A stretch of 64,000 nucleotides of DNA from Paramoeba atlantica (Eukaryota > Protista > Discosea): contig CDRNVI010000029.1 of NCBI GenBank assembly GCA_977017575.1, positions 434,001 to 498,000 on the forward strand, given 5' to 3'. Numbering within the stretch: the first letter of the stretch is position 1; each line of letters begins with the position of its first letter. The translations under genes were made by a program, and so were the position numbers. Under the pieces are notes generated by a model, which was not told the DNA's origin, did not search any database, and saw nothing but the letters and a program-made list of their open reading frames with translations. Below are positions 32,910 to 44,398 of this stretch, piece by piece.

Positions 32910-33649
32910 AAGGGGTGTAAATTTGGATGTGGGGGGGGTCTAAAATTTGTAAAACTTGGCCAATTTTGGAAAATAATAGCGCATTCGAGAGCCCTCGAAC
33001 AGGGCTCATGAACGTGCATGTACGGCATCTGCGTTAATTAGATTTTCAAGTGCACATAAAAAAACTCATTTTTTTGGGAAACAAAATCTTGCATTTTTCA
33101 CAGGTTTTCTGATTTCTCCCCTGATTCGTGCAACAAAGACGGGGTTGTGGGCGATCGCCCGAATACAAAGACTACGAAAGGGCTTATTCTTCGCCTGGGC
33201 ACGTAAAAGCAAGCTGGTGCATGGTTTTTGTTGCCGATTACGAAACAACACAATCTTTTTCGCTCTAAAAATTTATTTTCCATAGTGGGCGACTTCAAAA
33301 ATGGTTGAGCCCCTCGGAATCGCGCAGATTTGATCATTGCGATCGAAGCAGCTTTTCAAGGCCCCTGAAAATGCCATGCAGAGCTTTCGAAAGCGATGCC
33401 GTATTGTAATTGAGATAAAACGACGATAATGGCAATTAATAATTTTTTTTTTGATATTTGCTATTGCTTTAGAAAGTTGCAAATAGCATTTGGGGGTTCT
33501 TTGTCTAGGGGGTAATACCCCCTTGTGCCTAGTTCGGTCATGTTACGTTCATGAGCCCTGTTCGAGAGCTCTCGAATGCGCTATTATTTTCCGAAATTGG
33601 CCAATTTTTATAAATTTTAGACCCCCCCACATCCAAATTTACACCCCTG
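32910..33649. mobile_element. Tc1/IS630-type MITE with ~110-bp TIRs and TA duplication
   Basis: TA|AAGGGGTGTAAATTTGGATGTGGGG ... CCCCACATCCAAATTTACACCCCTG|TA. It contains a transposase 3'-end remnant shared with 45416-46219. Confidence 0.9.
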
Positions 33650-34258
33650 TATCATTTGACAAAATCTTGCGCTTTGCCGTACTAGCGTGAGGCCACTTGC
33701 GGGTCTTCTAACACGACGGTAGCTTCCAATGTGTCCCGGGCTGGCCCAATCGCGTGCATCTCTAGGAATCCACAGTGCTCCGCAGAGCCAACGGGGCTTA
33801 CAAGGATATCAAAGTTCCCATCGTTACGGATTTTCTAGCTCGAGATATCGGGGAAGAAAACGGAGGTGTGGGCTGATGCTGGGGGGGGGGGTAATAACCT
33901 CACACTGGGTGAGGTTTAGAAAAAGTTCCCACTTCGCTTCTATCTCAGCGATGATGTCTAGGGCCTTCCGGACTTCGTTCAGTTCGCCTACAAGTACGCC
34001 GTCGTCAAGATACCAAAACTGTGTTCGTAATATTTCCTTCGTTACCTCTTCTAGAACCAAAGAGAAGAGAAGAGGGCCTAAGGAATCCCCTTGTTCTTAA
34101 TTACCTCTTGTTTTTAATTTCGAAGACATGTACGGAGTTTTTTTATTTTCGTTTCGCATGTGCATCCGAAATGTGCTGATACTCGCAGTACCTTGCAAAG
34201 AATATACACCACTGTTTTTATCGTTTTCTCAATCAATTTTAACGTTCTTAACAGGTTC

Positions 34259-35599
34259 ATGACACACTCTCTGCAAACGTCTGAGGTTTCTTCATGCAAA
34301 GATTTACACGAATTTATTCGAAAATGGAAAGAGGCGAAGAAGGAGCAAGGTGAACGCAAATATGAGCTAAATAAGCGGCGAAAGACACTTCGGAATGAAC
34401 ACAACCTTGTGGTCGGTTGGAGTAATGTGATCACTCTTAACGTCGGGGGTGTAACCCACACAACTCTACTCAGTACTCTACGAAACGGTAAATCCGCTTT
34501 TCTTACTCATTTGTTCTATCATGTCGCACCCGCTCATGTTTTCAGAGATGTAAAAGGAAACGTCTATTTTGACCGTGATGGTGAGCTCTTTGCTTTTATT
34601 CTTGACTACCTACGCGGATACGACCTACAGAAACTACGTCTGTCGCAACAACTCAATATACGCAGACTCGAAGAAGACATTGAATTTTACCAGGTACATG
34701 GCATGCGGGAAATGCTAGGACTGCAGAAAACTCCACCTACTTTCTTTTTACCTGGCCCAGGAGTCAGTGCCGATGGCGCACAGTACTGTTCCTCAGTCTC
34801 AGTAGTTCGACCAGACAGGGAATGGATGGATCTTTCCCATTGCGCTTGGCAGGAAACGGAGCAGAAGCCACATTCAACACTCCTGGAAATGTCGCAGTCC
34901 TTATTACACGGCGAGGCCGGTTCTTCAACAAAAGAAATAGAAACACGGGATCGAATCGTATCACACCACCCTCAATCCTGCACAAACGACCGTAGTGTTC
35001 ATATAAAACCAAAAGACGTGTTTCAGTTCCACGTTCGAGTTCTCCATTCCGAGGGCATTGGGGTCGGTGTGATTAGCCCCGAGCACAGCGGTGGAGGTAA
35101 AGATTTTTCCTCCACCCGTAACTGTGCGCTCTACTCCCACACGGGTTGTATCCACACCAACTTCCCCGAGCACAAACGAGAGCCCACGTTAGCCCCCCGC
35201 ATCCAGAATGGGGATGTCATCGGGGTCACGCTGCGGCGCCGAACACGTTGTATTGAGTGGACTCGAAATGGTGAGATTGTGAGGTGTCTGCCTTTAGGGT
35301 CGGATACGAATAAACTGCGATTTGCAATTCGAGCCACAGCTCGTACCTCCGTGGCGCTTTGTGACGAGCGTCAATCTCACGACGCAGCGGGGGACCATAC
35401 AACTCGCCCACGTAATAGCTTTCGGAGAGAAACGACCAGAGGGAATCGAAGGTTAAGTCACACCGGGGGCTCGTTTCTGGATGCTACCGTGCTTTCCATG
35501 ATGCCGAATGCGAGTGCAATCGGAGATGTATTTAGTCCGAACTTTGAGGATGAAGTGGAAAGGACACGAGCGCAGGATATTTTTATAGTGAACCAGTAG
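34259..35599 (+). CDS. BTB/POZ (KCTD-type) protein with SPRY-like C-terminal region
   Basis: ITLNVGG..HTTLLSTL, YFDRDGELFAFILDYLR and GDVIGVTL..IEWTRNG. ATG 34259 follows an AG. Confidence 0.8.
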   Translation: MTHSLQTSEVSSCKDLHEFIRKWKEAKKEQGERKYELNKRRKTLRNEHNLVVGWSNVITLNVGGVTHTTLLSTLRNGKSAFLTHLFYHVAPAHVFRDVKGNVYFDRDGELFAFILDYLRGYDLQKLRLSQQLNIRRLEEDIEFYQVHGMREMLGLQKTPPTFFLPGPGVSADGAQYCSSVSVVRPDREWMDLSHCAWQETEQKPHSTLLEMSQSLLHGEAGSSTKEIETRDRIVSHHPQSCTNDRSVHIKPKDVFQFHVRVLHSEGIGVGVISPEHSGGGKDFSSTRNCALYSHTGCIHTNFPEHKREPTLAPRIQNGDVIGVTLRRRTRCIEWTRNGEIVRCLPLGSDTNKLRFAIRATARTSVALCDERQSHDAAGDHTTRPRNSFRRETTRGNRRLSHTGGSFLDATVLSMMPNASAIGDVFSPNFEDEVERTRAQDIFIVNQ

Positions 35600-36263
35600 T
35601 GCATATAAAAGAAAAGGCAAAGAAAAAAATCAAATACAAAAAAATGATGGAGATTGATATACATGGTGGAGATTGATGTACGTAAGGATCCAACGCTTAG
35701 TGGCGCATGGCTCTAGAGTCTTTCTTCTACTCCCATCCTTTTGACGGTATTGTCACTATGGGGGGTATTCCCTAGACTGCACATTTTGCTATCTTTACAT
35801 GAATCTATCCGTGTATACCTGGACAAACCACCGTGATCTCACTATACTTCTTAACGAATTTCAATAGAGTCCGGGTTTTGTGTATGAAGTCTCCAACGCG
35901 TACTTAAGAACCCTTCCTTCACAAAATCATAATGAAAGACTGGGTGTCATAATACGCGAAGATTATGAGTGCCGTGCGTGTGCGTGGTAATGCATTATTT
36001 TCCCTCGTTACTGAAATGTAACCTCCATTGTCTGAAAACATTTCTATTGAATGATACTTTTCAATTCAGTTTGTTTCCAGCCATTTCGTATCAAAGCGCT
36101 CCATAGTGAATGTAGAAAGTGTTCTAATAGAAAAATTTTAATGTGATTTTCCACAATAATCCTACGGCAAACAGTATAGTCGTATAGTTAATTTTTCTGA
36201 AGTGAATGTTCAATGATTTCTCCCGGAACCAGATGTCTTCTGGATAGCCCCTAGATAGAGCGA

Positions 36264-37280
36264 ATGAGTGCGACATCTTCCATTGGAGCCAGTGTCTGTC
36301 ATTTTGAGAACCTGGTAGCAAAAGAGTGCCTTGAAAGCAAAGAAAACGGGAGAGAGGTATCTCCCGTTGTCAAGAACACCTCGAATCCTGTCCCCTGGAG
36401 ACGAGCCCTGTACTATCAGCAGCCCTTTTCAGATAACTACGTACCCCCTATCTTTTTACGCGACATGAAAATGAACGAGAATGTGCGGTACTATCATTAC
36501 TGGCAAATTGTTCGGAATACAGGTGTTATCGTGCAGCAACTTTCCCTTCTAGTGGTTTTTGCCACTGTTTTTCAGCACCTTATTGTTGGAACGATTTCCG
36601 CCGATCTATTAGTTATTATTAATGTGATCTTTATCTCATTGTGGATGCTATGGCTCCTTTTAACGTACGGAAAGGCTGCTGTTCACCTGTATGAGCAACT
36701 TCGCGTTCTCACTGTGTTCACTGTGGTTTTGCTGTATCTCAGTCCTGTGATACATACCCTTACGTTAACTTACAGTGGTGATACAATTTGGGCACTTTCT
36801 TTATTGTTTCTTGTGGTCCATATGATATGCTTTGATTACTCAGCAGTGGGTGTGGATACGGAGAATCGTCACCCCCGCACAACGATGATGGCAGTTTCCA
36901 CTAATTCTGCTGTATTCGCTGCGGTGGTAATGGCATCTCGCCTTCCTACTTTCGCCCACACCTTTTCATTTTTAGGTTTTTCAATGATTCTTTTTGCTAT
37001 GACGCCAACAATGCGACGTGTCCTTCACCAAACGAGTCGGGAGGGCTTTATTGGCGTTAGCTACTTACTGTGTGGCCTTTCCTTAGGATTCTTATTAGAT
37101 ATCAGACCAGCGCTAGCGGCCATTTATTTTGCAGTGGTGATGGGGATAACGTTTCTTTTGCCCCAATGTCTAATGCTAATGCAGGGTTTAAAGGCTCAAA
37201 TCAATGGGCCGTGGGATGAAGCAGTGCCGCGAAATAGCGCATCAGCCGAAGAATTTAGGAACGTCGGATTCTTCGATTAA
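36264..37280 (+). CDS. PIGC: GPI-GlcNAc transferase subunit PIG-C/GPI2
   Basis: WRRALYYQQPFSDNYV and KAQINGPWDEA, with multiple transmembrane segments. Confidence 0.92.
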   Translation: MSATSSIGASVCHFENLVAKECLESKENGREVSPVVKNTSNPVPWRRALYYQQPFSDNYVPPIFLRDMKMNENVRYYHYWQIVRNTGVIVQQLSLLVVFATVFQHLIVGTISADLLVIINVIFISLWMLWLLLTYGKAAVHLYEQLRVLTVFTVVLLYLSPVIHTLTLTYSGDTIWALSLLFLVVHMICFDYSAVGVDTENRHPRTTMMAVSTNSAVFAAVVMASRLPTFAHTFSFLGFSMILFAMTPTMRRVLHQTSREGFIGVSYLLCGLSLGFLLDIRPALAAIYFAVVMGITFLLPQCLMLMQGLKAQINGPWDEAVPRNSASAEEFRNVGFFD

Positions 37281-37512
37281 TAATTATAAAGTTCGAAACT
37301 ATTGCATAAAGTATTTCATGTCTGTCAAAGTATTTTATACAGTTGTATAAAGTATTAGGTGTCATATTACAAGCATGTATTTTCTTCAAGCAGAGTAACC
37401 TGCTGAAAAAAATCGAAATTATTGCTGTACAGATTTTCCCGTACAACTAGAATTCACTCAGAATTCCTCTGTACTTAGAATTCACATAGAACCTTTAAGG
37501 TAGAGTAAATAG

Positions 37513-38628
37513 ATGACTAAGATGAAGCGAAAGGTGAGCAGCACAAATTCTCGAAGCAAAAAAAGAAACAGCGATGCAGTTACAAAAAGCACAGAGCCCG
37601 AATCTACCAACCTTCTTGCCGAGTATCTTACACCCTCTTTTTCTTCTGAAGTGCACATAAAAAGGAGCGAATTTGTTTTACGTGTTACGTTACACCGTAT
37701 TCCACATCAGTACATTGAAGTAGAAGTAGACGCTAATCAAGGTATTCACGTTTCCACGGCGAAGTACACCAAGAAGTACGATCTAAAGGTTCCCTTTCCG
37801 AGTGACGTTAAAGTTGGAAGCGTAGATCAAAGCACCTCTGAACATGACCGATGCGGAGTCCTGACGATTCGTGTTCCTTTGTCTAACATAGGAGAATCGC
37901 ATTTGAAAAAGCATCAGGATATAAGAGATAAAATGCGACAAGCGCGTTTCCTCAGATTTCAAGAAACCGATGAAGGGGGGATGCATATGCGCACTAGACT
38001 TGTAAATCTGAAGAAACAGATGCGTAGTCGGAAACCGCTTCAGAACGATCTTGAAGGAAAGGATGTCGATTCATCTTCTGTCCATAATGATAAAAAGCAC
38101 ATTTTGAGTCATACTGTGCAGCTCTCGAATGATTTACCCCTTGCGGGGCCTGCCGAACAGGGTACGTGGGAATTTTCTACCGCGACTCCTTTCAATGCTG
38201 AATCATCCAATGCTGAAGTGAAGACAAACCATGCTGATAAAACTTCTGCACCTCTGGGCTCTCGTCGCAAGGAATTCGTCGTTGACAAAGAACAAACAAT
38301 TGCGTTAATGAACGAAGTAAATCAGAATACTGAACTGACCCGTGAAAAAAAGGTGCAAAAAATGGAAGAAATGAGACGTAAACGAAGAGAACTATTGGAA
38401 TTACGCTCCGATCGCAAACAGAAACAGTCAAACGCAGCACGTGATGCCTACCAAAAAGTTATTGAAGAAAAGAAGGCACACTTACAAAAAATGATGAACT
38501 ATGTAAAACCGAAGGCAAAAGTTCAGGAGAACAACCCTCCTCCTACCGCATCTCTGTCGACGGACACGAGCACTACGAAAAAGAAAAAACGAGTTTCCTT
38601 TCGCATTGACAACGAAGATACTCAATAA
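37513..38628 (+). CDS. Hypothetical basic protein with possible HSP20/alpha-crystallin-like domain
   Basis: 371-aa ATG ORF. The beta-rich segment ends in GVLTIRVP, and the termini are K/R-rich. Confidence 0.55.
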   Translation: MTKMKRKVSSTNSRSKKRNSDAVTKSTEPESTNLLAEYLTPSFSSEVHIKRSEFVLRVTLHRIPHQYIEVEVDANQGIHVSTAKYTKKYDLKVPFPSDVKVGSVDQSTSEHDRCGVLTIRVPLSNIGESHLKKHQDIRDKMRQARFLRFQETDEGGMHMRTRLVNLKKQMRSRKPLQNDLEGKDVDSSSVHNDKKHILSHTVQLSNDLPLAGPAEQGTWEFSTATPFNAESSNAEVKTNHADKTSAPLGSRRKEFVVDKEQTIALMNEVNQNTELTREKKVQKMEEMRRKRRELLELRSDRKQKQSNAARDAYQKVIEEKKAHLQKMMNYVKPKAKVQENNPPPTASLSTDTSTTKKKKRVSFRIDNEDTQ

Positions 38629-38971
38629 CGGGCATCACTTATCGGTACTACCTTCATAGTACGGTTCACTAAAATTTAAAAGAATAAATTCGAACAAAAC
38701 AATTTCACCACAGGAACTAACGCCTTAGAAACTCCTAAAATCTTTGATTTCTATTCAATTTTCCAGTTATCAACTCATACCCCTCTAGGTATCACTCTAA
38801 TTACCACTCTCCTCTCTCCTTCAATCGATAGTTCTCAAAATGAATTCAACCCCTTTTTTTTTCCCTTTTGTCAAAAATCCCTTGTTGTTTTCTGTAGATT
38901 CATCTCTTTATCTTGTTCATCTTATTTGACTATTTTCTACTCCTCCACATACAAATCGATCATCTTCTTTT

Positions 38972-39865
38972 ATGCGCGGCGGATTCCAAAGTCGAGGCGG
39001 TCCTCCACGGGGGGGAGGCCGTGGGGGTCGAGGCGGTGGAGGTCGAGGCGGGGGTCGGGGCTCGGGCTTCGGAGGTCGTGGAGGCCGTGGGGGTGGACGC
39101 GGGGGTGTAGGCTTCAAAGGGGGTGCCCAGACAGTCGTCGTCCCCCACCTTCGACACCCTGGCATCTTTATTGTCAAAGGCAAACAGGACGTGCTGGCGA
39201 CGCTGAACTACGTCCCCGGGGTGGCGGTGTATGGGGAGAAACGGGTTGATGTGTCCACCCAAGACCCGGATGGGGAGACAGTGAAGAAGGAGTACCGTAT
39301 GTGGAATCCGTACCGTAGTAAACTCGCCGCAGCGATTTACAATGGCGTGGAGCGGGCGTATATCGCGCCAGGCTCGTCGGTGCTATACTTGGGTGCCGCC
39401 AGCGGGACCACAGTCTCGCATGTAAGTGATATTGTAGGGACGGAGGGAATGGTCTACGCGGTGGAGTTCTCCCAACGGGTGGGGCGTGATCTAGTGGAGA
39501 TGTGTAAGAAGCGGCCGAATGTGGTACCTATTATTGAGGACGCGCGACACCCGTGGAAGTATCGTATGTTGGTGAATATGGTGGATTGTATCTTCATGGA
39601 TGTAGCTCAACCGGATCAGGCGCGGATTCTAGCGCTCAATGCGCAGTATTTTCTAAAGAACGAAGGTCATTACGTTATCTCTATTAAGGCGAATTGCATC
39701 GACTCAACACTCGCGGCACCGGTAGTATTTGCTAAGGAAGTTGAGTCTTTGAAGAAGGATGGACTGAAACCAAAGGAGCAAGTCACCCTAGAGCCCTTCG
39801 AGAGGGATCACGCTGTAGTTTGTGGTAAGTACCGGGTTCTTAAAAAGGATAAAAAGGCTGTGTAA
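38972..39865 (+). CDS. FBL: Fibrillarin (rRNA 2'-O-methyltransferase)
   Basis: GAR N-terminus, [31 protein letters not shown] and DVAQPDQ. Confidence 0.98.
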   Translation: MRGGFQSRGGPPRGGGRGGRGGGGRGGGRGSGFGGRGGRGGGRGGVGFKGGAQTVVVPHLRHPGIFIVKGKQDVLATLNYVPGVAVYGEKRVDVSTQDPDGETVKKEYRMWNPYRSKLAAAIYNGVERAYIAPGSSVLYLGAASGTTVSHVSDIVGTEGMVYAVEFSQRVGRDLVEMCKKRPNVVPIIEDARHPWKYRMLVNMVDCIFMDVAQPDQARILALNAQYFLKNEGHYVISIKANCIDSTLAAPVVFAKEVESLKKDGLKPKEQVTLEPFERDHAVVCGKYRVLKKDKKAV

Positions 39866-40197
39866 TGAATGTTTCGATTTTGCATAAACTTGTTTCTTCA
39901 CACTAAATGTTACAGGAGCGAGATGTGTTGAAATTATATTACATACAAGTGGTATATACAAGCGTTGTAACAACGCTTGGTGGTGTCACGTGCCACAACT
40001 TCTGGTTTCATTAAAAATGTAGAATAAATGCCACAGATGCTGTTAGTTTCTTTTTATACTTTTCGTGTACAGTAGATGTTGGAACCGTTATTTGGTGTCA
40101 ACAGCCACTCCTGAACCTACTCGTATGGTCATCAATGCGGCTAATTTATGGGGTTTCACATCTGGTATATCATTTTGTTAAAGAAATTTCTTCTTGA

Positions 40198-41595
40198 ATG
40201 TCTAGCAATACAATTGTACTTCCTTCAGCCAGCGATTGGAATCTCTACGCGGCGAAAGTGACGGGAGAGGTAGCCACAGATGCGGTTCCTGTAGATACTC
40301 AAACACTTCCCACTGACTCACATCAACCATTTCCTTCTCCTTCCTGGAATCCACACTATACACGCGATTCTTCCGATGATACAAAGTTTAACCTTTCAAG
40401 TGGATTTGCAACGGGGTTAGAGAACGCCATTCGTAGAAGTAATAACATCCATGATGTGTCCCCGTTCCTTTCTACGGTACCAACTGCTTCATTGCCTTCT
40501 TCGTTGTGCAAAGTGACTTACGATATACTTTGTGATGTTTGGGCATGCGATAAAGCGCGTTATTTTCATTCTGCTTTTCGTACCATACGTGCAACTCTCA
40601 TATTGGGAGTAAATTTTGGTGTAAGCTGTGGATCAAACCACATGGAAAAAAGTGATGAAAAGAACTCGCAAGCCATGGAGTTGAATCTTGCGTGGCTTGA
40701 AAATGCAATTATTTACGTCCTAGAGCAAGCACTGCTGACCAATTACTTATCTACAGACATCGCAACTAGCGCGCGTCAAATTTGGCAGAGCATGCCGGAG
40801 ATTTGGCACAAGCATGGCATAACTCCACAGCGTCCGTACTTAAGATACGGCAACTCTATCAGAGAGCTGGAAAAATTTCACAAGACTCTTAGCCCCCCCG
40901 TCGAGGAGGATAAATATTCACCTAAACACCTCTATCATGCTGTTAAAAGTTTCGATGTCGATCATGGCAATACCTTCGGCTCAGGAGTTGATGCCATTCC
41001 AGGGTATAGCAAAGTTGTTCCTTTTCCAATGGACCTGATTAGGATCGACGCTTCGGTTAAGGCGGGCACAGAATACGCTACAGTATACGACCTGTTCCAT
41101 GACGTACAACTGATGCTCACTAACGGCAAAATTTACAATGCACCAGATACCCCATACTACTCTCGATCTGCAAAACTGGAGACGTTTCTGAAGAGATACA
41201 TGGATGATCTCTTTGACGGCCATGTAACTGATGAATCGCTTTCTCTTTCTGAGGGGAGCTCGTTCCGTGCCCATTATCAAACCTACTTAAAACAGAGAGT
41301 ACTATGCGCCCGACTGCGGCTTGGAAATAAAGAGCCGCTCTCCGCACTACCAAAGAAAATCACAAAATACGTCGAGAAGGTAAAAAATATTCTAGAGCGT
41401 GAGTGGTATCATTCGGACTCGGATGCAGATAGCATCCACCTTGATTTCTCATGTATTGAATGCGTCATCCTTGATGAATTGTGTGACATAGAACTCGAAA
41501 GCGTTGAACACATGGTGCGTCAAGTACTACGTATTACACCACAGGGTCGCATGTACCTCAATACTCATCCCTTTTTCACGCAGTCTCAAAAATAG
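40198..41595 (+). CDS. Bromodomain-containing protein
   Basis: YSKVVPFPMDL...FHDVQLMLTNGKIYN..DTPYY bromodomain core. Confidence 0.75.
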   Translation: MSSNTIVLPSASDWNLYAAKVTGEVATDAVPVDTQTLPTDSHQPFPSPSWNPHYTRDSSDDTKFNLSSGFATGLENAIRRSNNIHDVSPFLSTVPTASLPSSLCKVTYDILCDVWACDKARYFHSAFRTIRATLILGVNFGVSCGSNHMEKSDEKNSQAMELNLAWLENAIIYVLEQALLTNYLSTDIATSARQIWQSMPEIWHKHGITPQRPYLRYGNSIRELEKFHKTLSPPVEEDKYSPKHLYHAVKSFDVDHGNTFGSGVDAIPGYSKVVPFPMDLIRIDASVKAGTEYATVYDLFHDVQLMLTNGKIYNAPDTPYYSRSAKLETFLKRYMDDLFDGHVTDESLSLSEGSSFRAHYQTYLKQRVLCARLRLGNKEPLSALPKKITKYVEKVKNILEREWYHSDSDADSIHLDFSCIECVILDELCDIELESVEHMVRQVLRITPQGRMYLNTHPFFTQSQK

Positions 41596-41876
41596 AAGGT
41601 AATCTGGGTGATGTAAAGGTTCTGTGATTCATCTTGGTGACAAAAACCTTAATCTTTGTCTTATTGCGCTTTGAAGCGCTACCATTGTAGTTCGTATTTT
41701 TGGTAGTTATCTAACAATGACATCACATTTTGATAGTGCCAAAAACAATATCGGATGTCTATTCTAACTCGAATTATTTTAACGGAACGTATTACCGTTA
41801 ACAAAATAGTGATGAGCATTAAGCTTTGTTGTTATACATGAAATAGTTAGTTTTAGTAGAAGCTGGAACACTTTTA

Positions 41877-42362
41877 ATGACTGTGCAATCCGCCGATCAA
41901 GAGCTAATTCAGGTGCAGGTTATCTTAGCTGCACAGCGGTTTGTCGAAAAGTACTACAAGACCATCGATACGGAAGATGCCGAAAAACGACTTCGTGATA
42001 TGATCGCGATGTATGCCAATCCAGGAAGTGTGATAATCTGGAATGGACACACAAGTTTGTCTGCCCCATCGCCCCATGACTTTGTAAAAATGATGTTAGA
42101 GGTAATGCCACCAACTAAGCACACAATTCAAAACGTGGATGCACTTCCCTTGCCAGGATGCGTTGGTGGAGATGTCTTTATTGCCCACGTGGTTGGGTCC
42201 GTTGTCTACGACAAGGATCATTTTCGCACCTTTTATCACAGTTTTATTATACGAACGTTTGAGGGTAGGACCTATGTCATGGAGGACGATTTCAGGTGGA
42301 CAGGTGAAAAAGCTGAAAAGAAGAAAGCCCATATGCATTATGGCTACCCTCCACGACGGTGA
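41877..42362 (+). CDS. NTF2-like export factor (NXT1/p15-like)
   Basis: AQRFVEKYY, IWNG, H.IQNVDA.P, V.GSV.Y and F.HSF. Confidence 0.72.
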   Translation: MTVQSADQELIQVQVILAAQRFVEKYYKTIDTEDAEKRLRDMIAMYANPGSVIIWNGHTSLSAPSPHDFVKMMLEVMPPTKHTIQNVDALPLPGCVGGDVFIAHVVGSVVYDKDHFRTFYHSFIIRTFEGRTYVMEDDFRWTGEKAEKKKAHMHYGYPPRR

Positions 42363-42648
42363 TGTACCAAATACGACTAGGAGAACACTATGAGAGTTTG
42401 AGGTTTACCGGGGGCAGTGTACTATCGTATGCTTACCAACTTCATGTCCTAATACTATCATACACACAAGAGTAATTGCACGATTTGGGTGTGCAAAAGT
42501 CAAAGCTATATTCACTATTTCTCGGTCGCCGCGTTACAATCAATGGGTAATAAAACAATGTACACAATGTTTCAAGTCCATGAATAACACTACCTTTCAC
42601 TCCAACACTTAAGGTCTTCTTTTCTACACCAAAACCATCCTTTTCTAC

Positions 42649-43950
42649 ATGTCACGAATCTCTGGCTTACACGCCCGCGAGGTGCTTGACTCCCGCGGAA
42701 ACCCCACCATCGAGGTAGAGCTCACCACCTCCATGGGCATCTTCCGCTCCAGCGTCCCCTCCGGGGCCTCCACCGGAATCTACGAAGCCTGTGAGCTCCG
42801 CGACCAGGACCCCACCCGGTTCGCCGGCAAAGGTGTCCGCCACGCCGTACAAAACGTCACCGAGCTCCTCGCCCCCGCCCTCATCGGCAAGGAGGTCACC
42901 CAACAGTCGCAGCTCGACGCCCTCATGCGCACCCTCGACGGCACCGCGAACAAATCCAAAATCGGCGCCAACGCGATCCTGGGGGTTTCCATGTCGATCT
43001 CCCGCGCCGCCGCGGCCCACCAAGGCCTCCCGCTCTACGAGTACCTCGCGAGACTCGCGGGGAACACCGACCTGCGTCTCCCGGTGCCGTGTTTCAACGT
43101 AATCAACGGCGGCCGCCACGCCGGCAACCCGCTCCCCTTCCAGGAGTTCATGGTGGCCCCCGCGAGGGCACTCTCCTACCGCGAGGGGCTCCGCATGGGC
43201 GCCGAGATCTACCAAACCCTGAAACGCCTTCTCCACGGCAGGTACGGCCCCGAGGCCGTGAATGTGGGCGACGAAGGGGGGTTCGCGCCCCCGCTCAACG
43301 ACACCGAGGCGCTGAAGGTGTTGGTGGAGGCCATCGAGGCCGCGGGGTACGCCGGGAAGTGCGTGATCTGTGTGGACTGCGCGGCCTCGGAGATGTACGA
43401 CCCCGCGACGGGGCGGTACGATTTGAACTTTAAAGGGTCCCCCGCGGAGGCGGTGGGGGCGGGGGTGCTGCAGGAGAAGTACCTGCGGTGGACGCGGGAG
43501 TACCCCGTGGGGTCGATTGAGGATCCGTTCGATCAGGATGACTGGGCGGGGTGGAGTGGGCTGACGAGGGCGATGAGTGGACGCGCGCAGGTGGTGACGG
43601 ATGACCTGACGGTGACGAATGTGGAGCGGATTGAGAGGGCGATTGAGGAGAAGGCGGGGAGTGCGCTGCTGCTGAAGATTAACCAAATCGGTTCCATCAC
43701 GGAGAGCATTCAGGCGTGGCGGCTATGTGTGTCAAAAGGGTGGAATGTGATGGTGTCCCATCGGAGTGGGGAGACGGAGGACACATTTATCGCTGACCTC
43801 GCCGTGGGACTTGGTACGGGGCAGATTAAAACGGGCGCTCCTTGCCGAGGTGAACGGACCGCGAAGCTCAACCAGTTGTTGCGCATTGAAGAGGAGTTGG
43901 GCGGCTCCGCGAAGTACGGGTGTCCTTCTTGGAAGGTGGCCAATAATTAA
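42649..43950 (+). CDS. ENO: Enolase
   Basis: [43 protein letters not shown] and [13 protein letters not shown]. Confidence 0.98.
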   Translation: MSRISGLHAREVLDSRGNPTIEVELTTSMGIFRSSVPSGASTGIYEACELRDQDPTRFAGKGVRHAVQNVTELLAPALIGKEVTQQSQLDALMRTLDGTANKSKIGANAILGVSMSISRAAAAHQGLPLYEYLARLAGNTDLRLPVPCFNVINGGRHAGNPLPFQEFMVAPARALSYREGLRMGAEIYQTLKRLLHGRYGPEAVNVGDEGGFAPPLNDTEALKVLVEAIEAAGYAGKCVICVDCAASEMYDPATGRYDLNFKGSPAEAVGAGVLQEKYLRWTREYPVGSIEDPFDQDDWAGWSGLTRAMSGRAQVVTDDLTVTNVERIERAIEEKAGSALLLKINQIGSITESIQAWRLCVSKGWNVMVSHRSGETEDTFIADLAVGLGTGQIKTGAPCRGERTAKLNQLLRIEEELGGSAKYGCPSWKVANN

Positions 43951-44398
43951 GCGCCTCTCTCAATGTGAGATTATAGATTTGGCGTAGAAAATATGTGGTG
44001 CTCGACCTCCATGAATGTTTTATAGATATTGGAGCAATCCGCGTAATGGTGTTTCGTTTTGACAGGACTAGAACTTCATGCTGGGCTTTTTTAAACGCTA
44101 TGCGCGTTCTTAACTAGAGATAATTCTTACGTCTGAAGATCTTTTTAAGTTCTCTTGACACTGGGCATCGCGTGTGGGCATATTTTGCTATTTTTTGGGA
44201 CTTCTGAGTTCGGAAGACTGAAACCTATGTGAATAAAAGAAAGTACACTAACCTTTGCTCTATTGATAACCCGAGAACGTTAGTGAATAGTAGGGGTATG
44301 TATTCCCGCTTTAGAAATGTACGTATCATGTTTTGCTACCTCATTCTAAAATTTTACAGCCTATTTTTCTCATAAATTTCCCACATTTCCCCATCCCC

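Larger units (their letters stand above)
31200..34099 (-). mobile_element. Decayed CRE-like non-LTR retrotransposon, 5'-truncated and interrupted by a MITE
   Basis: EQGDSLGPLLFSL and WYLDDG (RT); CATDC...GEHALFC..GHG..RHYAV (zinc knuckle); RPADL and VLDFAVTH (RLE). Confidence 0.82.

Noticed and set aside
42667-43686. 339-aa minus-strand ORF, plus similar antisense ORFs over RPL19, fibrillarin and RRP42
   Set aside because: These are shadow ORFs of GC-rich, codon-biased + strand genes.
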